From the human T2T-CHM13v2.0 reference genome, Homo sapiens: a stretch of DNA of 64,000 nt. The DNA lies in the NCBI RefSeq assembly GCF_009914755.1, contig NC_060938.1; one strand, given 5' to 3'. Numbering within the stretch: the first letter of the stretch is position 1; every line of letters starts with the position of its first letter. Below the pieces are notes generated by a model, which was not told the origin of the DNA, ran no database searches, and saw only the letters and a list, made by a program, of their open reading frames with translations. The position numbers and the translations under genes are program-made. Of the stretch, positions 1 to 11,819 are shown one piece after another.

Positions 1-1800
1 AAGATAAAAATTTCTGAAGGATACAAAACCTCACAGAATATGTGGCACTTGTCAATATTATTATACAGACGGAGACCCTTATATTTTTAAAGCTACAGAT
101 TTTACACATCAGTGACTTGATCAAAATATGGATTCAGTCTGGCAGTTTATCTTCAGGATAAAAGTGGCCAGCCTGATATGTTTGTAAAGGTCATGTGGTG
201 TGTTTTAATATCTGTCATACATATGTAGAGCATGTTCTCAAGTTTACACTTGCCCTTTAACTCCCAGTACAGGAAATCTGCTGCTAGCAAAGACTTGTAA
301 AATGTTTATGACATTTAAGTCATGCACAAGATTTCTTATTCAGGAAGAGTGAGCTGTAAAATTTGCATATGGTGTCCAACGTTTAGACCCAGAGTCCCAT
401 ATTTGGCCTTCTAAAATCTTGCTTATACAGTTGTTTCATCCCCTAGCCATTTGATTATATCTTGTTACCAAATAGCACATTAGTTGGATGATCATCGTTC
501 TCTGTTATTGAATAAGTAAATTATAGATTATATCAACATCCCATCTTGTTCAAGTCGACCTTGTCGTTAAGTTGTACAGAGGACTTCTCACTGTGCAACA
601 TGACAAGTATGAACTCGTAATGCTTAACACTGCAAACTTAGCTTCCAGAAGAAACTATATACAAATATTAAGGGGACAAGACCATATAGGGTTTGTGCAG
701 AAAGACATCACACATGTAATTCACAAAGATGCAGATGTTGGTTCCTTATTATCACTGGTATTTGTGAATCATGTTTATATGTATTTATAACCAAATATAT
801 ATTTACTATATCAACAAACACACGAACATGCACCTAACAAACATATTCATCTGAAGGGTAATTTTTGAACCCTTCCAGATTTGAACAAGCATATTAGATG
901 TTTTGCAAAAATCAGTGAAACACACACACAACCTTCAGAAATGGGACCCGGGAAGGAATATCAATAATTCATTTGGAATCAAAAAATGTGATAATAAAAA
1001 ATGTAACACAAATGTTATAGGAGCTCAGATGTAGGGTAAACGAGGTGACAAGGAAATCGGCTCTGCTGAATTTTCTGAGAAAAAAATTGTCCCCTATCAA
1101 TGTGGTTATGACTATGATAGAGAAGAAAAAATCAGGGGAAGCAGAGTGAAAGGGAAGAATGAGTCACCCAAATTGGAGCCAGCTGGAGGAGTGGTTTCTT
1201 GTATACTTGCTTGGCCACCAACCAATGAGTCTATCTCTCTCCCTCCCCATGTCACCTGGGCTGGCTGGGTCCATTGTTCTTGTGGGTAGAATCTGGGTAA
1301 CGACATTGGTCTATCTTCAAGTCTTTCATGTTAGAAAAATAGAGCTTTTTTTTTTTCAATATCATCTGGAATAAGGTTGAAGTTTTAAGTCTTTCTGGAT
1401 TTCATTTGATTATATAGAAATCACAATCAAAAGCAAATAGATTTTGACTTTTCTGCTGGTAGTCATGATAATGGCAGGCAGACTAGAAAGATAAAAAAGA
1501 TAAAGCGAGCACAAGAAGACCTTCAATTGCACTATCAATTGCACCTCAACAATTGCACTATCCAATAGCCATGCACGTATTTGAATACGCAGTACAACCA
1601 TAGCAGAGAAATAACAAGGAAGTGCACAATGAATTTCCAAAGAAGTGTCTGAAATAATGCTGTGAGTTGAGGAGCAGATGCCTGAGCCTTAAGGCTTGTG
1701 GGATTCTTACAAGAGGATCAAAATAGAGCTTAAAAGCTTTGGATAAGTAGAGATGTTGGAGTAGCTTAGGCACTGCAGAGAGTCGGCTAGGATCCAACCT

Positions 1801-1880
1801 TCCATGACCTTACTGCGCCTCAGTTGTTTCATCTGAATTTTGGGGAATATAATAGTGGCTACCTCAAAGGATTTAAGGAG
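1801..1880 (+). mobile_element. MIR SINE core fragment
   Basis: cctcagttgtttcatctgaattttggggaatataatagtggctacctca resembles the MIR core cctcagtttcctcatctgtaaaatggggataataatagtacctacctca. Confidence 0.65.
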
Positions 1881-2982
1881 TCAGTAGACACACAGAAATG
1901 CCAATGGTGCTTGATACAAATAAATACATTTTGTTATTGTAATTCAGGTTTTAGGAAAACTTATGAGTGAAGGATACACTAGGTATTGAGGCAGAAACAA
2001 GATTCAAAATATTTTGGAAACCAAGAATAGTTTCACTGGAATTGAGATGTTGATAAAAAAGTATAAAACAATCACTTTTCCTGGGATTGGGAGAGCCAGA
2101 TATACTTGGAAAAGTTTGTCAGATTCCTACATTCCTCTCTTATCTCTCCTCCAAACTCAACACATATTTGAAACACACATTTACTTAAAAATAGCCACTT
2201 TGTTGTAATTGATGGACGCGTGGAACTGTTAATGTATTCCTCATATGCACTGGGGAAGAATAAAGAGTTGAGAAAAAAATCCCATGTTCGGAAAATACTC
2301 AGTAAGCACAAAGGATAGTTCTGGTACTGTGTGCTATTGTTGGCATAAAGGAAAAATACATACATAGGAAAACACAATTTTATTTGAGAGACATAATTAT
2401 CTAATCAGTGAAAGGTTGTATTCCAATTTTATAATTCCCTTCAAGCCAGCACTGGGTCTGCCATATAGCAATCATCCAGAAAAAAATTTATTAGCTCCTT
2501 CCCTGGATTCAACCCCTTCATTTGAATTCCAAGCATTCATGAAGATCAAGTTGAGTAGGCTTCCCTAAATTCACTAAAGTAGTGGAGAATTATGGTGGGC
2601 TAGATCTGTAAGCTCCTAACTGAGCATGAGGAGTTCTATTTGCAATCAGGCTTCTAAGTTTCTATGAGTGCAACAGGAAGGATATTTGGGGAAATGTATA
2701 ACTGGATATTCTACGTTTCACACTGACTTTTGCAAGAAGAAAGGGCAAGAGACATACTTCCCCACCAGAATCTGTGCGTGTATATAGGTCAGAACATGCA
2801 CATACTGGCAAGGAATGCAATACAGGGTGACAGTTGCTTGGATGGCCAATTCTTCCAGATTGGATGTTTACAAAAGGGGTCTCTTTCAGTTACTAAGATT
2901 TGCTCTAACTCGAAGACTGGTCTGTTCAAAATTAGCCTGCATCTGTGTTCTTCTGGGATGTGAGTTTCAGAATGCCTCTAAG

Positions 2983-3224
2983 CAATGTTTTTTTTTGTTT
3001 TTTTTTTTTTTTAACTTTGATGCTATTGACATTTTGGGCCAGATAATTCTTTGTTGTGGAAGCTGTCCTGTGCACTGTAGGATGTTTGGCAGCATCCTGG
3101 TCTCTACTCACTAGATACCAGTAAAACTCGCTTAGTTGTGACAGCCAAAAATGTCTTTAGACGTTGCCAAATGTTCTCTAGGACACAATACAGCCTCCGC
3201 ATCCTCAATGCTCCCGAACCACTT
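2983..3224 (+). mobile_element. MER20 (hAT-Charlie MITE); left terminus replaced by a T-rich run
   Basis: ctattgacattttgggccagataattctttgttgtgg...ttgtgacagccaaaaatgtctttagacgttgccaaatg matches the MER20 consensus. Confidence 0.85.
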
Positions 3225-3269
3225 CTCTGGGTTGATGAGCTTTGCGCATTTACATTTCAGTGACCAAGT

Positions 3270-4015
3270 GAAAGTGGTTAAGCCAAAATCGGTTTCTTCA
3301 GGAGGGTGTTTAGGGGAGAAGATGACAATTACAGCATGTGCCATTAATGATACGCATCAGGTATGTTCAAGATGGTGACAAGAAGGATATGTGCCTAGGT
3401 ACAGTTTAGTATTGGAAATGGATTAATTGGGTCACTAGCAAAAGGGTGAGAGTGGGCCATATTAGCATGTTCTTTCCCAATGAAGTTAGAACCCAAGCTT
3501 TTTGGATACAAGTGAAACTGAATCCTTGGTTGGATCCAACCAACTAGATGGTTGATTCAGAAAATTACGTGTAATAGATGCACAATCTCTGCTTCAGTGA
3601 ATCCCAACTTTGCCTTCCATCTAACACTTTACCTAAAGGTCTCTGGTTTGTGCAGGTCCATTTGCTTAATGGCCCATTGGGCAGTGGGTAGTTGCCAGCA
3701 GACTGTAAAATATGAGTTGAGTCTATCAGATTTCCTCTGTGTTGAGTATAAATTATAAGGATAAACTGAATTTGGTAGCTAGAAATTGACAGTGTGGAGC
3801 AAACAAGTATAATAGTTGAGTCAACCTAATGGTAAATTCCCAAAATGAAAAATTCTATGGACTGATCTAGTAAATGTCCTGTCCTTTCTGACTTTCCAAA
3901 GCCAAGTTGTCTGGCCTCTCCTGTTATATCTGCTGGTAGCCTTACAATAATCTCTGTTACTTGCATTAAATTGAGTGTGTCTGTTCTTTGTAGAAAAATG
4001 TGCCTATTTGAAACA
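3270..4015 (+). mobile_element. Possible old ERVL-type LTR remnant (LTR16/LTR33-like 3' end); boundaries uncertain
   Basis: 3' end caataatctctgttacttgcattaaattgagtgtgtctgttctttgt...gcctatttgaaaca resembles ERVL LTR U5 ends. Confidence 0.3.
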
Positions 4016-4769
4016 CTAGAGTTTTATCAACTTCATGGAAAATATGAGTAAGATATTGGGAAGGAAAGCTCACAAACAAAACTTGTTTCTTTTATATTGT
4101 CACTGATGTCAGTATGAGCGTAAAGGTGTTACTCACTGTTCTATTACTTCCATTACTTTACAAACTGTCAGTGTTGATGGTAAAAAGACAACTATGACAT
4201 ATATTTGTCAAAGGCACTTATTTAGTGGTGACTGTAAAGCATAAGTATAGCATTAATTTTTGTATTTGTGTTGCCTTAGTAAATTGAGTTTGAAATAAAT
4301 GCTAGATTATGTAAGTACACTGCAGTGAAAAGTTATTGCCAAGTATTGCTTTTATTTCACTTGAAATAGTCTTCCACCATGACTTAACAAATTAAATTAG
4401 GCATAGCAATGTGAGGTAGAAACTGCATTTTATAGGATTGTCAATACCAAAAGCCGGTGCCTAAGTGATACATTGGTGGCCACCTTGTTTGTTATGCCAA
4501 ATACGTCACTGTCTTTTCCATACTGGTTTCCCTGAACTGTTTAATGAGCTGGAATTTAAAAATATCCTTTTACATGAGTGTGTGAATGGTGTGATGTATT
4601 CCTCAGGTGGGGGCTCAGATTGGAAACGTTCTCTAGTCCTGGGAAAGGCTGGGTTTAAGGAAGGTCTTTGCAAATGCCAACGGGTTCCCTTTCCTCTCTG
4701 AAGGGAAAACATGCTGCTATTGCAGATTGATTTATCAGGATTGCAGTGCCGCATCCAGAGGTGACTCAC

Positions 4770-4795
4770 CGGCTGGGACAATACAGATAGTCCTT
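4770..4795 (-). other. Candidate 26-nt microexon of an unidentified - strand transcript
   Basis: - strand reads atatgaccacatttatttttcag|aaggactatctgtattgtcccagccg|gtgagtcacc: branch-like TGAC, U-rich tract, CAG acceptor, consensus GTGAGT donor. Confidence 0.45.
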
Positions 4796-5376
4796 CTGAA
4801 AAATAAATGTGGTCATATTATTGCCAGTGTTTCATATTTGAAAAACAACCAAAAAAAACTACAATGGGAAAAAAATATAAAGCTGTGCATGCCAGAAATA
4901 AAATAAAATAATCAAAAGAGGAACCCAGTGTGTTCACAGGCTTAAAGGTGACCATCAGTCTATTTTCTTTAATTTAAAGATATTAATTAATCAGGACAAA
5001 TAGGCATATTGATATGATTTGGAATTTCTTTTGTGGCATGTACCTTAATATAGGAATAATCAATGCCTTTTATAATGAGAACTGTGTAAATCACTCCCCT
5101 ATTAAGAATTGTTAGGAGAGAGTTGAGAAAATATCCTCTGATGATACTTCCCTTAAAATTTGTCTGCCCGTTTAAGCTGACAATAAATATTATTAAGAGA
5201 GAGGCCTAATATGACAATAAGGTAATATACTATGTTATTTTTTAATGATACTGTGGAATACTGCTTTGATTGATGAAAAAATGAACAGAGATAAAAAGAA
5301 TCACAGCTACCATTTATAAGTCCTTTCTTGGTACTTCTATGTAGACTGCCATAGGAGGGAAGAAAATGTCCTTAAG

Positions 5377-5664
5377 GCTGGGCATGGTGGCTTACGCCTG
5401 TAATCTTTGGGAGGCCGAGGAGGGGTAGATCACTAAGTCAGGAGTTTGAGACCAGTCTGGCCAAAATGGTGAAACCCCATCTCTACTAAAAATACAAAAA
5501 TTAGCTGGGTGTGGTGGCACTCGCCTGTAATCCCAGCTATTCTGGAGGCTGAGGCAGGAGAATCACTTGAACCTGGGAGATGATGCTGCAGTGAGCCGAG
5601 ATCATGACACTGCACTCCAGCCTGGGTGACAGAGTGAGACTCTGTCTCAAAAGAAAAAAAAAAA
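5377..5664 (+). mobile_element. AluS (Sg-like), 7-bp deletion in left arm
   Basis: Dimeric Alu with A tail; TSD aagaaaatgtccttaag at 5360-5376 and 5665-5681. Confidence 0.97.
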
Positions 5665-5906
5665 AAGAAAATGTCCTTAAGCACTAAACCTACAATATGG
5701 ATCAGAGTTCCCTAAAGTGGATTATACACATCCCAGGGAACTTCCTAGCTGATCACAGAGATTGAAGAATTCAGTATTGAGATTTCTACTTGTATTTACC
5801 TGATCATATTCTTTTAACATTTTTAATTTTTGTTTTTGTATACCTTATAATACATTGTAATATGTATAATATATTGACACTAATATTTGTATAGGATTTA
5901 ACTATG

Positions 5907-6181
5907 CAGTCATGAACCACATGATGCATATAATATCATATTTTTAGTGTACATTTTCTATGTTTACATACACAAATACTCACCATTGTGTTACCATTGC
6001 CTATAGCATCCAGTACAGTAACATGCTGTAGAGATTGTAGCCTAGGAGCAATAGGCTATACAATATTGCCCAGGTATGTAGTAGGTGACACCATCTGCAT
6101 TTGTGTAAGTACACTCTGATGTTCACACAATGATAAAATAGCTTCATGATATGATTCTCAGGATGTATTTCCACATTGCTG
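5907..6181 (+). mobile_element. Tigger3a/MER7-like TcMar DNA transposon, internally deleted
   Basis: Starts cagtcatg; cagtacagtaacatgctgtagagattgtagcctaggagcaataggctatac matches Tigger3a. Confidence 0.8.
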
Positions 6182-6578
6182 TGTGTGTATAAAATATACA
6201 TTAGCAGAGTTTTACTGAAAAGGAAGTGATAAAAATTATATTGGGAAACACTGAAATATTTTGTCTTTGTTTTTTGAGGCTTAATAGCCTTTATTTCTTT
6301 GTAACTGCCTAGCCATTTAATTTAGAAGAAATTCGACAACACTTAAGGAGAAATGTGTCTTTGCAGAGTGAGGTGGGTGTTTTGTTTGTTTTCAAACATT
6401 CAAATGTGTGAACCGAACTTCTCCTCAACTGCAGGCCTATTGAGAGCCTGGAAGTCTTTTCGTTTCTGTCCATGGCTTCAGAAAGAAGCAGATATTTTAT
6501 TTAGACAATGTTGTACCATCCTCGAAGTGAGATTTCTTTAGATTCCTCAGTTTTCTACTGCAGAAAACAAGATATTTA

Positions 6579-6642
6579 TTTTATATTTTGGCTAGTATTC
6601 ACATGCTACATTTTATATTTTGGCTAGTATTCACATGCTACA
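6579..6642. repeat. Perfect 32-bp tandem duplication
   Basis: ttttatattttggctagtattcacatgctaca x2 (6579-6610, 6611-6642). Confidence 0.97.
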
Positions 6643-6921
6643 AACCAACAAAAGCATTTCATCTTCTTCTCCACTTAACATAGTTTTAGAATAAGGCTCT
6701 TATCTCCTTTTAACAAATCTTTACATAAATTCCCTCTGTTGTCTTAAGTCAAAATACTCAAGTGTTCTATACAACAGCTGTTTTCCAGAACCCTCAGGAA
6801 GGAGTCCTTGTGGACAGAAAAGCTTTATAGTCAGGCTAACCATTCGTATATAGAAATGTAATTTGTTAGTGGAACTCTCTGTCATCTAAATATATGTCTT
6901 TATCTTATAAACATAGTAATA

Positions 6922-6998
6922 TTAGGTTGGTGCAAAGATAATTGCGGTTTTTGCCATTACTTTTAATGGCAAACACAAAACAACACAATAGTTTTTGT
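6922..6998. mobile_element. MADE1 (Hsmar1-derived MITE), right arm degraded
   Basis: ttaggttggtgcaaagataattgcggtttttgccattacttttaatggcaaa matches the MADE1 consensus. Confidence 0.85.
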
Positions 6999-7425
6999 GT
7001 GACAGTGACTTGCCCTTAACAGTCACAACTATTTGTTGTGGTCATTGTTTTTCTTGTTATGAAAGGAGAATGTACTGAACTTGTCCAGCTAAGAGGTTTC
7101 TCAAGACCACAAGGAGATATGTACACAGATGATACACACTGTTGGGTCTTTTCCTGGAGGACACATAGAACTCTGTGTGTCAACCTTCAATCCAGCCAGT
7201 TCATCCCATGAGATTCTTGTACTCTGACGGATAGCCCAGTCCAGCATCTGTACAATGACCCTAGACAGCGTATCTTCCACCTTGATAGGCCACAGGAGTT
7301 TTGGTGCTTTTACATTAAGCAGTGTCTAATAATCTACCTTCTGTCATTATTGACCATGACAATCTATTTCCACTGGAGCAGAATGGCTTGGGTGTATGTA
7401 GCAGCATTTGATCTGCCTAGAGCAC

Positions 7426-7802
7426 TATTATGAACTGACTTATGTCTCCTAAAATTTATATATCGAATCCCTAACTCCCAGTACCGTAAAATGTAAATGT
7501 ATTTAGACATAGGGTTTTTCAAGAGGTAGTAAATGTTAAATGAGTTTGTTAGAGTGGACCCTAATCCAATCTGACTGGCATCCTTATAAGAAGAGGACAC
7601 AGACAGGCATGGAGGGAAGACCATGTGAAGACACAGAGAGAAGGCAGTCATCTATAAGCCAAGGACAGGGGCCTCGAAATGACATCAACCCTGCTGACAC
7701 CTTGATCACTTCCAGCCTCTTGAATTGTGAGAAAATAAATTTCTGTTGTTTAAAACAACCAATCTGTGATACTTTTTATGGCAGCCTTTATTGACTAATT
7801 TA
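7426..7802 (+). mobile_element. MLT1A/A0 MaLR solo LTR
   Basis: ccctaatccaatctgactggcatccttataagaagagg...gaaaataaatttctgttgtt; 5-bp TSD agcac at 7421-7425 and 7803-7807. Confidence 0.9.
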
Positions 7803-8332
7803 AGCACTTTTATTGAACAGAGTTTGAACCAGCCACTTCAGATCATGTAAATTGTTTCTGTGCAAAAAATAGCAGGAAAATGAACTATATGCCTTCTCTC
7901 AGAAATAACTATTAATACTTTAATATTATATTTTAGTATTTTTCCTGTTATTAAATACTCTTAGTAAAAAGCATTGCTAAAGCTGTAAATAATCCCTTCA
8001 TGGGTTTTCAAGTAGATACCTGATATTAAACATTCTGACTAAACCTTTATTTATTTATTATGTTACTAGTATAACTTTAGCTGTAACAAACAATTTGTCA
8101 TATAAATTCATACCCAAGTTTTTTTTTATGTATTTAGAATGGATTCTAAAGCAAATATTTACTGGGACAAGCTATATGAACTAAGGTTATAGAAGTTAGC
8201 AGTTTTATGATTGTTTTCCAAGAGATTTGTAGCAATTTCTGCTTACATAGGCAGTTGAAGATGATACTTGCCACAATCATAAAAAAATAAAATTGTATGC
8301 ATTTTCTTAAAATATATCTATTTATGAGTTAA

Positions 8333-8635
<303 letters not shown>

Positions 8636-8998
8636 AAAAAACAGCATTTTATTTTTTAATAGTAAGAGCAAACAGTTTTACTTTTTAAAATTACTCAAAT
8701 ATTTTCTTTTGTGAATCATCTTGCCTTGTCTTTTGTCAATTTTCCAATTATACTTTTTGCACTTTTTCACGTAAATCATGCTATAACCTGAAAATTATTC
8801 CAGTTTTATTTTTTCCAATAATATTTCCTTTTTCTTATCATATTGTAGTGGCTAGAACTTTTACAATAATATAGAAAAATGATAATGATATCAGTCACCC
8901 TTGTTTTACTCATTACAATTTAGTTAATATCTCAGTCACAGCATCTTATAAATTTCTGGTGATGAAGCATTAGTGAATCACAAATTTGTAGTTTATGA

Positions 8999-9162
8999 TT
9001 TTTTTTAATTTTTAGATAATTGTAGATTCAAATGCAGTTGTTAAAAACAATACAGAGATTTCTCATACCCTTCACCAAGTTTCCCCAGGGATAACATGTT
9101 GCATAACTATAGCACAATATCACAACTAATACATTGATACCATCCACCAACTTTATATGATT
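8999..9162 (-). mobile_element. Old L1M (L1MC/MD-type) 3' end
   Basis: ttttagataattgtagattc...acagagatttctcatacccttcaccaagtttccc is typical of a reverse L1M 3' UTR. Confidence 0.6.
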
Positions 9163-9245
9163 CGTTTAAAAAGGGAACACTATACAATGTAACAGAATAG
9201 AAACTAATAAAGATGCATTGCATATAACCAGAATAAATATTTCTG

Positions 9246-9534
9246 CACCAGGCACAGTGGCTCATGCCTGCAATGTCAGCACTTTGGGAGGCCGATGCGG
9301 GTGGATCACTTGAGTCTAGGAGCTCAAGACCAGCCTGGGCAACCTTGCAAAAACCTGTCTTCACAAAAAAATACAAAAATTAGCTGGGCATGGTGGCATG
9401 CACATGTAGTCTCAGCTACTAGGGAGACTGAGGTAGGAGGATCCCTTGAGTCTGAGAAGTCAAGGCTGCAGTGGGCCAAGATTGCCACTGCACTGCAACC
9501 TGGATGAGACAGTGAGATCCTGTCTCAAAAAAAA
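9246..9534 (+). mobile_element. AluJ
   Basis: gatcacttgagtctaggag...cagcctgggcaac and aggctgcagt are AluJ-type; A tail. Confidence 0.95.
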
Positions 9535-9779
9535 CTTACTTCTGAAATTTGATTCAGTTATATGTGTGTGTTGTATCTGCGATTAAGATACTATGCCACA
9601 CTCCCCCCATTAATGATGATGTTGCCTACTTACCAGTTTAATAGAGACATTTTTTATCATATTGAGAAATTACAGAAAAATAAGGGCTGAACTAAAATGT
9701 AGCAGATTTATATATAGATACTTAGATATGTTTAAGTGATTAAACATATTAAGCAATTTGGAGTTTTAAAAAAAGTCTC

Positions 9780-10060
9780 ATCAAAAGCTGTTGATTATTA
9801 AATCACTGTCAACCACAAGCAGGTTGTTTATAGTCTGGTACAGGGATCTGGTCTACTCACCATTTTTATCAGTGAATTTAATGAAAATTCAGAAGGAAAA
9901 ATATCATATTTTATTTAAATTATAACAGGCAGGCACCAAATTAATGGCTATGCTATAATTCATTAGACAAAATGTAACAGTAAAATTTAGGCTGGAATCC
10001 AGTTTCAAAATTAACTAAACATTGTCACATGGTAATGAAAGTAATGGAACTGAAATCAGT
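9780..10060 (+). mobile_element. Possible L3/CR1 LINE remnant (a 3'-end-like piece also near 11040-11110)
   Basis: catttttatcagtgaatttaatgaaaattcagaagg resembles the CR1/L3 RT region; highly diverged. Confidence 0.3.
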
Positions 10061-10074
10061 TCCTCCTCCTCCAC

Positions 10075-10100
10075 AAAAAAAAAAAAAAAAAAAAAAAAAA
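10075..10100 (+). repeat. A26 homopolymer
   Basis: 26 consecutive A with no recognisable Alu body upstream. Confidence 0.95.
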
Positions 10101-10599
10101 TGGGGGGGTATTGGGGACTTGGGGAATTCTGTGTTTTCTTTAAGTACCAGTTCCATGTGGGTCTTCTCCACAAAGAAGAAACATGATCAGAATTGTCTAA
10201 GATCTAGAATTCAAATAATTTAAGTAACAGTTGTAGGAAGTTTAATTGTTTGGCCAAAAGAAGAGAGTTAAATTGTAGGTAGGATTTTATATTGCAAAGC
10301 TGGGTCTGTGAATATGAAGAAATTCTGGAAAGGGAACTTAGGAACAAAGGAGGAAACTACTGGGAACTTTAATGAAAGAGTTATTTGCTTGCAGGCAGTA
10401 TAGACAGATGCTGGTTGACTTAAGAAAACAGCATAGATTGGAAAGGTATCAAGAGCCACAAAATTTGAAGTGAAGGCTGGTGACTTTGATTTAGCAAAGG
10501 GCTGGATTCTAGGGAACCTGGGGTCCAGCAGTAGAGACTGCAGGAAAAATCTGGTGAGCACACACCAATCTGATTAGCACACCAGCACTAATGTGACTC

Positions 10600-10887
10600 T
10601 AAATCCCTCCAAAATGGTACATTTTATTATTTTATTTTTGTTTTACTCCTCACAAGATTTAATGTCCTGGGAGAGAGAGTCCTATGGTCATGACACATGC
10701 CTGTCTCTTGAGCAGGGAGAGGAAGCACCTGGTAAACAAGACCTACTGTAACCTCTGACGTGGGAGCGAAGAGCCTTGGCACACCATTGCACCAAGACTG
10801 CAGAGAACAACTGAAGAGAAAAATCATTCTGTATTAGAAAAGGGTAATGGACATCAGAAGGTCAGAGAAACAGCAAATGTCCACCTA
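10600..10887 (-). mobile_element. Old MLT1 (K/J/L-like) LTR fragment
   Basis: tcctgggagagagagtcc...ggtcatgacacatgcc...gaaacagcaaatgtccac resembles a reverse MLT1 5' end. Confidence 0.4.
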
Positions 10888-11793
10888 AAAAAGAAGACAT
10901 TTCCAACATATAGATGAACTTGCCAAAATTTTACTCAAATGAGTCATCAGTCTTCTGTCAAAGACATTTAGTTCAATTGAACACAGAGTAGGTTGCATGT
11001 ATATGCTGTGATCACACTTACATGGTATATGTCAAGGCTTCCTGGAGTGAGAGGGGGACTCTATGACTGAATGACCTCTGGAATTAGTACCAAATCAAGC
11101 TTTCATGATTAATAGAGGACAGCAATGAAACATCTAACTTGCGTAATAGTTACACTATTTTTTCTGGATAACATATTGGAAAATAATTTCTCCTTTGAGC
11201 CTGAGATGATGTTTTCACAATTGTGCTGTATGAGGACTCCAAAGATGTTGCATAATGAAACAGAAAAAAACTGGAATAATCACTTTAGAGTCGACTTAAA
11301 AGATTTCTTTGTGCTTGTATCTAAACCTCTGATTTCCAGCACTAGCTATGCAATCACGTTGATATTCCAACTTTTTAAAGGATATTTTTTAAAAAGGAAA
11401 AACTTAATTTATAAAAATAAAAACTTGCTTAAATAGCCTGATCAGAATATCTAAGCAAGAGGTGTTCCAACTTTAAGGAAATGACTTAAAATATCCATAT
11501 GATGTTTCTGTTTCCTAAAATGGGAGAAGTCCACATATCTCATAGAACAGGTTTACAGAACATGTTTACTGCTTTCCATATAATTTCAACTGCATCTGCA
11601 TGCCATACTTAAGGAAAGCAAGGCTTCATCATTTCTTTCTATTCGCTGGGTGCTTGTGGATTTTGAGATGTGCATTTTGCATAAATAAATCAAGGAGAAA
11701 GTGGTATCTAGAGTAGAATACATTATGCATAAATTTTCTATGACCATCACTTGGTCAAAAACAATTATTTCAGCAGAGATACATCACAAGCAA

Positions 11794-11819
11794 GTGTGTG
11801 TGTGTGTGTGTGTGTGTGT
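11794..11819. repeat. (GT)13 microsatellite
   Basis: Perfect dinucleotide run. Confidence 0.97.

Noticed and set aside
3526-3543. 18-bp perfect palindrome ttggttggatccaaccaa
   Set aside because: About 0.25 such palindromes are expected by chance in 64 kb at uniform composition; it lies in a probable old LTR with no other support.
10075-10100. Orphan A26 as the tail of a processed pseudogene
   Set aside because: No AATAAA just upstream, no TSD and no recognisable ORF; most likely homopolymer expansion.
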